Below are positions 35,897 to 46,227 of a stretch of 64,000 nt of DNA, piece by piece. The notes under the pieces were generated by a model. The model had not been told where the DNA came from. It worked only from the letters and a program-made list of their open reading frames with translations, and did not search any database. Location of the stretch: IMG/VR virus record IMGVR_UViG_3300031851_000015. One strand, given 5' to 3'. Numbering within the stretch: the first letter of the stretch is position 1; the number at the start of each line of letters is the position of its first letter. The DNA is from an uncultured virus (IMG/VR IMGVR_UViG_3300031851_000015) (taxonomy: Duplodnaviria; Heunggongvirae; Uroviricota; Caudoviricetes). Made by a program: the position numbers and the translations under genes.

Positions 35897-36285
35897 GCTG
35901 CCATCTCCCAAGCGTTACGAAACTGCCTATCACTTGGCACTTCCTCTGTACGCACAATCTTAAACATTGGGCGATTATGCTCTTCGGCCCAGCACTTGCG
36001 AGGCAAGTCTTTCATACATAAATATTCCATAGCTTCTTCTTCCGTTAAAGTTCCAATGCGGGGCGCAGTCCATTGCAAAGCATGTTTGTCTGGATCGTGC
36101 TTAAACGTGTTATGACGCCCTTCATTAATAGCTTGTTGTTCATCGTCTTGAAGTTGCCAATACACCCAAATAGGCGGCAAGTTACCAGCCATAGCTTCAT
36201 CTAGCCAATTTTGTGAAGGAACAAGCACTTTAGTTGGCTCATCAAGGGCATCAGGGTCATCAAAAATTACTCTGTATTTTGTCAT
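35893..36285 (-). CDS. Fibre-associated hypothetical protein
   Basis: EEAMEYLCMKDLP...PSDRQFRNAW pattern; located in the fibre cluster. Confidence 0.6.
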   Translation of the reverse strand: MTKYRVIFDDPDALDEPTKVLVPSQNWLDEAMAGNLPPIWVYWQLQDDEQQAINEGRHNTFKHDPDKHALQWTAPRIGTLTEEEAMEYLCMKDLPRKCWAEEHNRPMFKIVRTEEVPSDRQFRNAWEMAA

Positions 36286-36297
36286 TTTAAATGCTCT

Positions 36298-36672
36298 TTA
36301 CTCTGTTGTTATCATGTATAAATAGCTCGCATCAGTCTGCTCCCCACCATCGTGATCAATAGCAAAAATAGGTATGTTCGAAGTTGTGCTTGCTCCTTGA
36401 AAAGTTTCGTGGTCATACGAGTTGTTTTGAGATGCATAATCAGTAATATTATCACCCCCTGCGGATACAGTTGAGTGTGCAGCATTGCTCATTGCAGTAG
36501 AAAAATTTACTCGATAACGACCTAATCCCATGTCAGTAATTGTGCTAACATTTCTATCGTGGCGTATAGAGACAGTTCCTGTGCCGTTCCAATTGCAGCA
36601 AGCTGTGTTAACACTATAAGTGCCGCCGTTAGTTGTTGATTCTTCTATAGTGTTTACTTTTAATGTACTCAT
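36298..36672 (-). CDS. Small fibre-tip domain protein (MSTLK... paralog 2)
   Basis: NWNGTGT-SIR---NVS-ITD-G-GRY-VNF-TAM-NA motif. Confidence 0.6.
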   Translation of the reverse strand: MSTLKVNTIEESTTNGGTYSVNTACCNWNGTGTVSIRHDRNVSTITDMGLGRYRVNFSTAMSNAAHSTVSAGGDNITDYASQNNSYDHETFQGASTTSNIPIFAIDHDGGEQTDASYLYMITTE

Positions 36673-36893
36673 TCGCCTAAAACCCTTTCAATTAAATTTA
36701 GCAATAAATGTCGATTACCTGTACTATCGGTAATATATTCTCTTCCAGAAGAATTAACAATTTTTACAGAATCAAAAATTAAAAGACCATTTATAAAATC
36801 AATACCTGGAATATAATCTGAAAGTTCTTGCGGGGTAATTGTAACATTACCCCATTGAAGACCGTGATCTGATGAAATATAAATATCAGCCAT
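36669..36893 (-). CDS. Hypothetical protein
   Basis: Short ORF coupled to its neighbours. Confidence 0.5.
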   Translation of the reverse strand: MADIYISSDHGLQWGNVTITPQELSDYIPGIDFINGLLIFDSVKIVNSSGREYITDSTGNRHLLLNLIERVLGE

Positions 36894-39800
36894 TATACCA
36901 CCGTCCAAGCTTCACCATCTCCAATTGTAACAGTAACACCACTGTTAATTGTAATTGGACCTGCTGACATAGCGTTCTTGTTATTTGTAATTGTATAGTT
37001 TGAAGTAACAGCTTGATTGTTTTCCCAGAAAATATCATCTTCAGCACCAGCCGAAATACCGGTTACTGTGCCATTAAAAGTAGTGTTTCCGCTTACAATT
37101 AAATTGTTTGCAACAGTTGTATTTGTGTTATTTACTTCTAGTCGCTCTGTTCCACCTGTAACAACACGCCACTGATCGGCATCATGAAACTGCATGTAAG
37201 TGTTAGTGTCGCCGTGGTGGAACAACTGATCGCATCCGTAGATGTCGTAGTTGTTCATATCTAAGTGGCGAGCCATTTCAAGATAAGTCGCACCTGTGGT
37301 GAAGTTAGCGACATTATTGTGGTAGAGCGTAACTCCACCGTTTTCTTGCATCTGCACAGCCCACTCGTTATTTTCATCATCATAAAAACCAGCCGTTGAG
37401 CCATCGGTCATAAATGACCAGCGACCTTCATTTGAGCTATTACGAATTTGCAAGCCAGCCCAAGTAGAAGTTGATGATGTAATTTGCAGCAAATCTGCGC
37501 GGTCTGTGCTTTCAGATAAAATAACCTCTGAGCCCATATTTATTTGATTAACATTATCAATCGCATTGTTCTTCATATCCAGCGTGGATGCGCTGAGAGA
37601 CATCTCAACGACATTGTTTATGCGCCATTCATGGAGGCTGTCTCTAGCGATGCGATAGGCCCAGTCTGCTTGATCGTCTAAAAAGCCAATCTCATTACTG
37701 TGAGTACCGTAAATAGAGCCATAAAGATCCCCGTCACTCGCCTCTAATCTTACATTAACTGGTTGAGTAGCGGCGTGTGATCTGAACCTAAAGTTACCAC
37801 TCTCTTGGTTATTAAAAGCTAAATAACCATCAGTTTGCCAGCGAATATATGCCTTGTCAGTAGTACCTTCTTGCCAGCGAATGTAAGGATTGTTTGAGCC
37901 TGACAGCACTATCTTTTCGTCACTAGTAGAAACGACTTGCAAACCACCAGGATTATGCGGATTGGCATCAACGTCACCAACAGTCAGACCCGTTACACCC
38001 ACCCCGCCAGATAGAGTGCGTAGGCGTTCGCCGCCGTTTTGGAACAATTGCAAATACGGGCTTGAAGTGTCGCCACGCATATAAATCATTGCGTGATTAG
38101 TGCCTTCAGCGTCCTCATTTTGAAAGTAAGTATTTTTGCCATGATTTACGTTCGTAAAGTAAGTGTGGCTGTTACTTGAATTATGGTAAATTCTAAAGTC
38201 TGCACCATTACCCAAGCGGATTTCTTTATTGTCTTGCCATTCTGTGTGTGCGCTTACGTTGTCATCTGCATCACTTCTCAAGAAGCTACTGCTATCAACA
38301 CCGTCAAGTAAATCAGCATCTAAACCAGAGCCAGTACCGTCATTTGTACTATGCCAAACTTTACTAATGGTAGGTGTCACAGAGTTTTCTGTATCGCCTG
38401 TAATACTTATAGTCCAAGGATCATAGGTATCAGCTACAGTCGTTTGATAGCCCCTTGTCATATTATGGACACGAACACCTGTGTAATTATTATTAGCTAT
38501 AGAAATATAGGCTTTACCGTTTGCATCCCTACCTACAACTATATCAGGATTTCCCCCGCCTGAATAAAGGCAAGTAGGAAGGTACCACTGGTTAGTGCTA
38601 GGGTACATGTACCCACCAACCACATAAGTGTGGATTGTATAGCCAGAGTAAACTGAAACAGTGATTTGAAACATATGAGCGCTGTTCGTAGCAAATGGAG
38701 CGGTACATCTAATTCTTCCTGAACTGCTACCTGTAGTGCCATAAGTTGCTAAAGTTGCTCCAAATTTTGTATGGTCTTTCCCGTCTAAAGTTTCAGCATC
38801 AACATCAGACACAGCCAGAGTAACATTCGCAGAGCCATCCCAGCTTACACTGCCAGATGCGTCACCAGAAAGTGACAGCGTTCTAGATGTAGTCCATTTA
38901 TCAGCGTTGGGGTGGTAGCCATCGTGAAAAACTCTTTGGCTATTAACATAGTGTTCACCTGTGGAGTTAATGATACCATGTGAACCGTTTAAAAATATCC
39001 TTGCATCACCATCAGCGGCAACATACAACCCCCAACCACTATTATTTCCTGCATCTAAAGCCCCCGTCATAAATGAGGCGGTATTTTTAGAAAAACCTAT
39101 TCCATAAAAATTATTTAATGTGGCGTCATTTGGATTATAACTTGAGCCAATACTATAGATTGGATTTGTTTTAAGTGAGTTTACTGCTACGTTGTTATAA
39201 GAGCCTTCTAAATGGCCTGAGTGGTGGTTTAATCTTCGTAAATGATACCCAGCGGCTGGTTGAATATCTCTCCCCGTAAGCGTACCCGTCATAGTACCGC
39301 CAGCTAGAGGTAGTTTGGTGCTGTCAGCTACAGTAATATTGGCAGAGCCGTCAAACGATACACCATTAATGGTTCTTGCAGTTGTTAGGGTGTCAGCATT
39401 TGGGTGGTAAGTATCATGGAAAACACGATCCCAAGATGTCATGCTGTTGTTATTCTTGGAACGTAAATAGAGATCGTTACTGTGAAAATCGTGGTATTGC
39501 TGAATACCCCAACTGGAACTGTCCCATCCTGCGCTTAATATTAAGCCATCAGTTGCGCCTGACGGATCGTCACTAGCCGTAGAAACATCCCAGGTACGGA
39601 TACTGGCCTTAGATGTTTGGACTAGACTATCTGCATTGCCTGTGTGTCTTGCACCAACAGTAACGTATTGATTATCTAAGGCGCTATCATTTAGGGTTAC
39701 ACTTAGCGTAGCATTAGCTGAACCATCCCAAGAGACACTACCAGATGCTTCCCCTGAAAGAGTTAATGTACGGGATGTAGTCCATTTGTCTGCGTTGGGG

Positions 39801-40927
39801 TGGTAGTTGTCCATAAAAACACGCTGCCAAGACCCCCAAGATGCGCTACTCCCATGTTTCCCTCTATGATAAAGCTTATTATCACTATAAGAAAATAACT
39901 GAGTTTTGTAATTCGCATCACTACCACGCATGTGAATGATGGTTCCAGCGTTATTGTCAATAGGTTGGTTTGTAGACGCACTACTGTTCCCATAAAAACC
40001 CTGTATAGTCAGGTTGTTTGCGTCTGTGCTGCCTATAGATATCTGGCCTTTAGCAAACCGCCCGTCTGCTTCTGTCTCAGTGTAATAGCGCCCATCATGG
40101 TTATGACTGTCATTCGCCACCGTAGCAGCTAGTGAAGCATTTCCAGAACCATCCCAGCTTACAGAGCCAGTGACATCTCCTGTCAAAGATAATGTACGAG
40201 ATGTAGTCCATGCATCTGCGTTGGGATGGTAGCCATCGTGGAACGCCCTAACATCATCTGACGGACCGCTGCCTTCATTAAGTATTAGTTGGTGAGATGC
40301 ATTTATCTTTGCTCTATGGACGCCATCATTATCATCATATGCCATGTAGAAAATGCCATCGCCTACACCTACAGAATAGCGAGTTTCTGAGCTTCCAGCG
40401 CCATCACCTCTAAAGTGTAAAACACCATAGCCACCACCACCATCTATAGAAACTTCTGTATTGCCATACGTTGCATCACCCCAGCTTGCATCTGTTGCTG
40501 TGCCGCCAATACCTAAATGACCCGTTATAGTCCCGCCAGTTAAAGGCAGTTTAGTAGCAATTGAATTAGTGACAGTAGTGCTAAATGAAGCATCATCTCC
40601 TAAAGCTGCTGCTAACTCGTTGAGAGTATTAAGAGTTCCTGGAGAAGAATCTATAAGAGCTGCAATAGCATCGTCTGTATAGCCAGTATAATAACTTCCG
40701 TGTTGACCATCTAATAAATCAGAATCTAATCCAGAGCTGACCCCATCAACTGTTTTAATACTTGTAAGAATACTAGAAGCAGAAGGATTAGCCTCTGCTC
40801 CTGTTGAAACTCCGTCTAATTTATTACCGTCAGAAGTTAAATTTCGCCCATCAACAGTACCGCCTACTGTAATATTTCCGGTTACATTTAAACCGTTTTT
40901 TACCTTAAAATCATGATTATTTGCCAT
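36893..40927 (-). CDS. Long tail fibre protein (1344 aa, modular repeats)
   Basis: LNTLNELAAALGDDA and SGLD-DLLDG motifs; four RVFHD-YHPNAD-WTT-RT repeats. Confidence 0.85.
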   Translation of the reverse strand: MANNHDFKVKNGLNVTGNITVGGTVDGRNLTSDGNKLDGVSTGAEANPSASSILTSIKTVDGVSSGLDSDLLDGQHGSYYTGYTDDAIAALIDSSPGTLNTLNELAAALGDDASFSTTVTNSIATKLPLTGGTITGHLGIGGTATDASWGDATYGNTEVSIDGGGGYGVLHFRGDGAGSSETRYSVGVGDGIFYMAYDDNDGVHRAKINASHQLILNEGSGPSDDVRAFHDGYHPNADAWTTSRTLSLTGDVTGSVSWDGSGNASLAATVANDSHNHDGRYYTETEADGRFAKGQISIGSTDANNLTIQGFYGNSSASTNQPIDNNAGTIIHMRGSDANYKTQLFSYSDNKLYHRGKHGSSASWGSWQRVFMDNYHPNADKWTTSRTLTLSGEASGSVSWDGSANATLSVTLNDSALDNQYVTVGARHTGNADSLVQTSKASIRTWDVSTASDDPSGATDGLILSAGWDSSSWGIQQYHDFHSNDLYLRSKNNNSMTSWDRVFHDTYHPNADTLTTARTINGVSFDGSANITVADSTKLPLAGGTMTGTLTGRDIQPAAGYHLRRLNHHSGHLEGSYNNVAVNSLKTNPIYSIGSSYNPNDATLNNFYGIGFSKNTASFMTGALDAGNNSGWGLYVAADGDARIFLNGSHGIINSTGEHYVNSQRVFHDGYHPNADKWTTSRTLSLSGDASGSVSWDGSANVTLAVSDVDAETLDGKDHTKFGATLATYGTTGSSSGRIRCTAPFATNSAHMFQITVSVYSGYTIHTYVVGGYMYPSTNQWYLPTCLYSGGGNPDIVVGRDANGKAYISIANNNYTGVRVHNMTRGYQTTVADTYDPWTISITGDTENSVTPTISKVWHSTNDGTGSGLDADLLDGVDSSSFLRSDADDNVSAHTEWQDNKEIRLGNGADFRIYHNSSNSHTYFTNVNHGKNTYFQNEDAEGTNHAMIYMRGDTSSPYLQLFQNGGERLRTLSGGVGVTGLTVGDVDANPHNPGGLQVVSTSDEKIVLSGSNNPYIRWQEGTTDKAYIRWQTDGYLAFNNQESGNFRFRSHAATQPVNVRLEASDGDLYGSIYGTHSNEIGFLDDQADWAYRIARDSLHEWRINNVVEMSLSASTLDMKNNAIDNVNQINMGSEVILSESTDRADLLQITSSTSTWAGLQIRNSSNEGRWSFMTDGSTAGFYDDENNEWAVQMQENGGVTLYHNNVANFTTGATYLEMARHLDMNNYDIYGCDQLFHHGDTNTYMQFHDADQWRVVTGGTERLEVNNTNTTVANNLIVSGNTTFNGTVTGISAGAEDDIFWENNQAVTSNYTITNNKNAMSAGPITINSGVTVTIGDGEAWTVV

Positions 40928-40941
40928 GGTTCACTTTCCCC

Positions 40942-43900
40942 TTAAGCATTAATTAATGTTTGAACCACTGAGTAAGTAGTTGAAGTTGCTGAAGCTGCTG
41001 TGGCTAGCAACCTAACATTTCCTGAGCTAATGTCAACATCATAAGTTGCTAAGGCTGAGCCGCCTGTATTTACAGTGCCATATTCAGTGGCAACTGCAGT
41101 AGTTCCATCATGGGCTATTAATAACTCTGAAATAGTAATATTTACCCCTGTCTTAGCAGTAACAATATATTTAGCTGCTTCATAATTTGTTGAAAAAGTT
41201 GCAATAGCAGTTTGAGTTGTAGAAGATGTATTAGAAGATACTGTAGTAATATCTGCATCGTTTAAAGTCAATTTATCGCTGGTCAAAGTTCCAGTGACGT
41301 CTACACCTGTGCTAGTAGTGGCGAGTTTAACAGATGCGTCATAAAATATTTCTACTTGAGCATCTTTATAGATTTTAACCATGTTGTCAGAACCTGCTTG
41401 AAGGTTCATAGTTGATCCATTAGTGGTTAAATATAAATTACCTGTTCCCTCGTCTTTGATATAGCTGTCTGACCCATCATGGTAAATTTGCAAATCAGAA
41501 CCAGCCCCGAATATGGCTTTACCACTATCAGCAAATAATACGTTTCCACTAAATTGTGTTCCAGAAGGATTAGTAGTAAGTCTAAGAGAGTTTTGGTAAT
41601 ATAATTTAGTCTGATAATTTGCTAATTCAATGTATTTAGCATTATTTGATCTAGTTAACATTACTACAATATCAGCCCAAATATAATTTATTGTATTAGT
41701 TGCTGATTCCCAGTAATTAGCACGAAAGCCGCTAGTAGCATTTTCATGATATACTTGTAAATCTGTACTATTGCCAAATTTTATTCTTTTCTGTGCTCCG
41801 CTTGGATTAACTGTATCTCCAAATACGAGATTACCAGTCATAGTGCCACCAGCTTTTGGCAATGCTGCATCAGCAGTAGTACCTTGTGCGGCAGTAGCAT
41901 AATCACTTGAATCAAATGCTTTAACTTGGGCTAAGTTAGTTACTTCAGAGTCCATTAAAGCACCTGCAGCAGTTACATTAGTTGTATCTGTTACATCTGC
42001 AGAAGCCTCAATTCCGTCAATTTTAGTTTTATCTGCTGCAGACATTAATCCTGATGCAGAAGTGGTAGCAGCACTATAAACAGTATCGCTATCATCTACC
42101 CATGCATAATCACTACCATTCCATGATAAAATTTGGTTAGTACCTGCCGAAGACTGATTAAGATGTGTATCTACGTCACTATTAGCGTATCCTGCAGGAA
42201 CACTTGCCCAATCATAATCACTACCATTCCAAGACAAATACTCTCCGTTTGAGGCTGTAGAAGTATTTAAATGAGAGTCTACATTACTATTGCCGTATTG
42301 AGCGCTTCCCGAAATTTGAAGAGAGTTACCTGCATCATTATAGTTTAAAGTAATGCCTGTTCCAGCTGTAAGTAATCCACCTACAACATCTTGGATCGCC
42401 TCTGTTGTAGCTGCTGTTGGATTCCATTGGGTACCATCATAAACTTTAAGAGATCCCCCACCTATATTAAAGTACAAAGCACCTGTTACAAGAGCATCAC
42501 CATCATTGTCAACAGTTGGGTCTGACGACTTAGACCCCAAGTAACGATCATCAAAGTTATCTAAAGCTGTTTCAGCTGCTGTTTGAGCAGTCTGGGCGGC
42601 TGTAGCACTTGATGCTGCATTGGTTTCGGAACTTGCAGCTGCCGTAGCACTACTAGCAGCATTAGTTTCTGCAGTTTCTGCGTTAGTTTCTGCAGTTTCT
42701 GCGTTAGTTTCAGCAGTCTCTGCAGCAGTTTTAGCAGTCTCTGCAGCGACCTTTGAAGTATTAGCAGCAGTTGCAGAGTTAGAAGCGTTAGTAGCACTTG
42801 TAGCCGCAGCAGTAGCGGAGTTCCCAGCGTTAGTTGCAGAAGTAGACGCGCTCGTAGCACTAGTAGTAGCTGAAGTAGCAGCGTTAGTAGCCGTTACAGA
42901 AGGTGCTTGCCACGCAGAACCACTATAAAATTTAATTACATTATCGGTGCTATTATAATACATAGCGCCTTCTACTAAAGCATTTCCGTCATTGTCAACT
43001 GAAGGATCAGAACTTTTAGTTCCTAAGAACTTATCATCGAAGTTATCAAAAACTAATTCAGTTGCAGCTTGTGCAGTTTGTGCTGCTGTAGCAGACGTAG
43101 CGGCATTAGTAGCAGAAGTTGAAGCGCCGCTTGCAGAAGTAGCAGCATTAGTAGCTGAAGTAGATGCCCCACTAGCAGAAGTAGCAGCGTTAGTCTCAGA
43201 AGTAGCTGCATTGGTAGCTGAAGTTGCCGCTGATGTTGCACTAGAAGCAGAGGCCGTTGCTGAGTTACTTGCATTAGTTTCTGAAGTTGCAGCTGCCGTA
43301 GCAGAATTACTAGCATTAGTTTCGCTAGTAGCAGCATTAGTTTCGCTTGTTGATGCCGCACTTTCAGAGTTACTTGCATTTGTAGCTGAAGTAGCAGCAG
43401 CCGTAGCGCTATTACCAGCATTAGTTTCTGAAATAGCTGCATTAGTTTCTGCAGTCTCTGCAGCTGTCTTAGCTGTATTAGAAGCAGTAGCAGAATTTGC
43501 AGAGTTAGTTGCCGAAGTAGCTGCTGCTGTAGCTGAATTTGCTGCATTGGTTTCTGAAGCAGTAGCATTAGTAGCACTTGTAGAGGCACTGCTTGCGCTT
43601 GAAGCAGCAGCTGTAGCTGAATTCCCTGCGTTTGTTTCTGATGTAGCTGCATTGGTAGCACTTGTAGCTGCTGCTGTAGCTGAATTTGCTGCATTGGTTT
43701 CAGCAGTTTCTGCGTTAGTCTCTGCGGTCTCTGCAGCTGTTTCGCTTGCAGCCGCTGATGTTGCAGACCCCGCTGCTGCTGTTGCGGAGTTACTTGCATT
43801 AGTCGCTGAAGTAGCTGCCGAAGTAGCGCTATTACCTGCATTGGTTTCTGCTGTTTCAGCCGCTGTCTTAGCAGTTTCAGCCGCTGTTTTAGCTGTATTA

Positions 43901-45285
43901 GAAGCAGTAGCAGAGTTTGAAGAATTGCTAGCTGAAGTTGCTGCATTAGTTTCGCTTGTAGCTGCATTGGTAGCACTTGTAGCTGCGTTGCTTGCTTGAG
44001 TAGTTGCCGTACTAGCACTATTAGACGCACTGGTTGCTGAAGTAGCTGCGTTAGTTTCAGATGTAGCAGCATTATTAGCTGACGTTAAAGAAGAGGCCGC
44101 TGAAGTAGCTGCATTGGTAGCACTTGTAGCTGCTGCTGTAGCACTGTTAGAAGCTGCAACACTAGGTGCTTCCCAAGCTGTTCCATTATAAAATTTAATA
44201 GCATTGCTTGTACTGTTGTAGTACATAGCCCCTTCTACTAAGGCATTACCGTCATTGTCAACTGTTGGATCTGATGTTTTAGTGCCTAAAAATTTATCAT
44301 CAAAATTATCAAACAATAACTCTACTGCTGCTCTATCTGTTGCGGTATCAGTTTTATAATTAAGAGCATCAGCTGCAGAAGAACTAGCCGATGTTGCGCT
44401 ATTAGCTGCACTTACAGCATTTGCTGCTGCATTAGAAGAATGATTTCCTGCTGTAGTAGCTGAATTAGCCGCTGCTGTAGCAGAGGAACCTGCGCTAGAT
44501 GCACTGTTTGCAGCATTAGTTTCAGAAGTAGCTGAAGCAGTTTGGCTAGCTGTTGCGCTAGTAGCAGAATTAGAAGCAGACGTAGCAGATCCCGCAGCTG
44601 CAGTAGCACTGTTACCTGCATTAGTTTCTGAAGTAGCTGCGTTGGTTTCACTAGTTGCTGCATCCGCTGCTTTCGTAGTAGCCGTTGAAGCACTCGCTGA
44701 AGCATTAGTAGCACTTGTGGCTGCATTGGTTTCGGCAGTTTCAGCGTTAGTTTCTGCTGTTTCAGCTGCGACCTTAGAAGTGTTAGCTGCTGTCGCGGAA
44801 GTAGCCGCTGATGTAGCCGAAGTAGCTGCTGCAGTAGCACTGTTAGCTGCATTAGTAGCTGATGTAGTTGCTAATGCAATAGGATATTGCCAAGTATTTA
44901 CGTTGTATACGCCTAAAGCAGAGGTTGTAGTATCAAAGTACATAGCTCCGTTTTGAAGAGCATTACCATCATTATCGAGGCTAGGTGCTGAAGATTTAGA
45001 TCCTAAAAACACATCATCAACAGTATCTGCCGCTGTTTCTGTAGCGACCTTTAAAGCAGTAATAGACGCAATTAAATTAGCACCGCCAAGGTTTACGTCT
45101 TGTATTTGTTGTCCTGCTGAGTTACTTATTATTACGTGAAAATCTCCATTACTATCAATAGAGGCATTTGTGATAGAATCACCTTTAGCACCTTGACCAC
45201 CTGTTCTAGACAAAGTAAGGTTAACATCTTGTGATGTGCTTGTTAAGGCGTAGTTGTTTCCATTAATTGTAATAGCATAAGACAT
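40942..45285 (-). CDS. Ala/Thr/Ser-rich coiled-coil side tail fibre (1447 aa)
   Basis: AATSATN/AETAETN heptads punctuated by four DD-FLG-K-SDP-VDNDG-AL--GA-Y knots. Confidence 0.8.
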   Translation of the reverse strand: MSYAITINGNNYALTSTSQDVNLTLSRTGGQGAKGDSITNASIDSNGDFHVIISNSAGQQIQDVNLGGANLIASITALKVATETAADTVDDVFLGSKSSAPSLDNDGNALQNGAMYFDTTTSALGVYNVNTWQYPIALATTSATNAANSATAAATSATSAATSATAANTSKVAAETAETNAETAETNAATSATNASASASTATTKAADAATSETNAATSETNAGNSATAAAGSATSASNSATSATASQTASATSETNAANSASSAGSSATAAANSATTAGNHSSNAAANAVSAANSATSASSSAADALNYKTDTATDRAAVELLFDNFDDKFLGTKTSDPTVDNDGNALVEGAMYYNSTSNAIKFYNGTAWEAPSVAASNSATAAATSATNAATSAASSLTSANNAATSETNAATSATSASNSASTATTQASNAATSATNAATSETNAATSASNSSNSATASNTAKTAAETAKTAAETAETNAGNSATSAATSATNASNSATAAAGSATSAAASETAAETAETNAETAETNAANSATAAATSATNAATSETNAGNSATAAASSASSASTSATNATASETNAANSATAAATSATNSANSATASNTAKTAAETAETNAAISETNAGNSATAAATSATNASNSESAASTSETNAATSETNASNSATAAATSETNASNSATASASSATSAATSATNAATSETNAATSASGASTSATNAATSASGASTSATNAATSATAAQTAQAATELVFDNFDDKFLGTKSSDPSVDNDGNALVEGAMYYNSTDNVIKFYSGSAWQAPSVTATNAATSATTSATSASTSATNAGNSATAAATSATNASNSATAANTSKVAAETAKTAAETAETNAETAETNAETAETNAASSATAAASSETNAASSATAAQTAQTAAETALDNFDDRYLGSKSSDPTVDNDGDALVTGALYFNIGGGSLKVYDGTQWNPTAATTEAIQDVVGGLLTAGTGITLNYNDAGNSLQISGSAQYGNSNVDSHLNTSTASNGEYLSWNGSDYDWASVPAGYANSDVDTHLNQSSAGTNQILSWNGSDYAWVDDSDTVYSAATTSASGLMSAADKTKIDGIEASADVTDTTNVTAAGALMDSEVTNLAQVKAFDSSDYATAAQGTTADAALPKAGGTMTGNLVFGDTVNPSGAQKRIKFGNSTDLQVYHENATSGFRANYWESATNTINYIWADIVVMLTRSNNAKYIELANYQTKLYYQNSLRLTTNPSGTQFSGNVLFADSGKAIFGAGSDLQIYHDGSDSYIKDEGTGNLYLTTNGSTMNLQAGSDNMVKIYKDAQVEIFYDASVKLATTSTGVDVTGTLTSDKLTLNDADITTVSSNTSSTTQTAIATFSTNYEAAKYIVTAKTGVNITISELLIAHDGTTAVATEYGTVNTGGSALATYDVDISSGNVRLLATAASATSTTYSVVQTLINA

Positions 45286-45732
45286 TTAGCTTGCCTCCGT
45301 AGGAGAGTAGCGTACTTCTACAAGGCCACGCATAGGTTTCCAAATTTGTTGTGCTGTTCCTACACCCGTGTCTTTAATTTCAAGACCTATAAAACCATAA
45401 ACAGGTTTATCAGGAATAGGGTAAGTTCCCCATGTATCTATTAAGTCATGTGGAATAACAATTTCGAATTGATTATCTGTAGGGGTACTATCAAGAATAG
45501 TTAAAGTAGTAATAACAGGATTACTAGAGTCAACATCAGTGGGTGTAGCTCCAGTTCCTTGAGTGTTATTACCTTCTACTACTTTAGCAGTAATGGTGTA
45601 GCCTGATAAGTTAGTAAGCCAACCTACAGTAATATTTAATCTTGTTTGTTCACCTTTTACGACAGATGCAAGTATAGCACCATCATCTGTTATTAAGTCT
45701 TTTGACTTAGATGTTATATTTGAACGTGGCAT
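45286..45732 (-). CDS. Virion structural protein (possible fibre anchor)
   Basis: Beta-rich 148-aa ORF directly upstream of the fibre genes. Confidence 0.5.
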   Translation of the reverse strand: MPRSNITSKSKDLITDDGAILASVVKGEQTRLNITVGWLTNLSGYTITAKVVEGNNTQGTGATPTDVDSSNPVITTLTILDSTPTDNQFEIVIPHDLIDTWGTYPIPDKPVYGFIGLEIKDTGVGTAQQIWKPMRGLVEVRYSPTEAS

Positions 45733-45774
45733 GTGTAGTTTCCTTTCTACCGATCCTCAGATGGGCATTAAAAG

Positions 45775-46155
45775 CTATTTCTTTTTATTTAATTTCTTTT
45801 TAATCTTTTTCGGTTGTTGGGAAACTTTCTTTCCCTTTGCAAGATCAGCTCGCTTTTTTCGAGTGGTGGCGGCATACTCAGCTTTGGTAAGCTTGTTGCG
45901 CTCTGCTTTAGGAAGATAACGCTCACCAGTAGCGTTTTTACCACTAATGCTATTCTTCCCACTCTTTGTCCCCCAATCTTGCTTAGTCCATTTAGTCATA
46001 GACTTTTGGGCTTTAGTTTTTGAGCCTGTGTACTTGCCGCCTCTTTCTTTATAGATCTTAGCGGCAAGTTGCATTGCTCTAGCAGAATGCCCACCCATAC
46101 GAGACACTGCTGTTTTCTTTGCGCTTTCCCATAAGCGTGGATTTGATCTGCCCAT
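45775..46155 (-). CDS. Highly basic phage protein
   Basis: HSARAMQLA---YK--GG-Y, KWTKQDWGTKSG and TGERYLPK motifs. Confidence 0.7.
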   Translation of the reverse strand: MGRSNPRLWESAKKTAVSRMGGHSARAMQLAAKIYKERGGKYTGSKTKAQKSMTKWTKQDWGTKSGKNSISGKNATGERYLPKAERNKLTKAEYAATTRKKRADLAKGKKVSQQPKKIKKKLNKKK

Positions 46156-46156
46156 T

Positions 46157-46225
46157 TTATTTTTTGCCGCCTTTTTTAGGTGGACGACCGCGTTTAGTTC
46201 CGTAAGTACCTTTACCTGATGGCAT
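46157..46225 (-). CDS. 22-aa AT-hook-like basic peptide (not in the ORF track)
   Basis: MPSGKGTYGTKRGRPPKKGGKK with a GGGAGA RBS; fills the gap between two genes exactly. Confidence 0.7.
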   Translation of the reverse strand: MPSGKGTYGTKRGRPPKKGGKK

Positions 46226-46227
46226 AG

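Noticed and set aside
34020..40927. Diversity-generating retroelement or invertase shufflon acting on the fibre genes
   Set aside because: No reverse transcriptase, recombinase, inverted cassettes or adenine-specific TR/VR pair seen in this window
42620..44850. 21-nt tandem repeats as a CRISPR array
   Set aside because: They are in-frame coding repeats without unique spacers, and no cas genes are present
42561..44956. Long alternative-frame and plus-strand ORFs (e.g. 42992..43999 +, 43053..44072 -)
   Set aside because: Shadow ORFs produced by the GCN/ACN-rich heptad repeats of the fibre gene; low-complexity products
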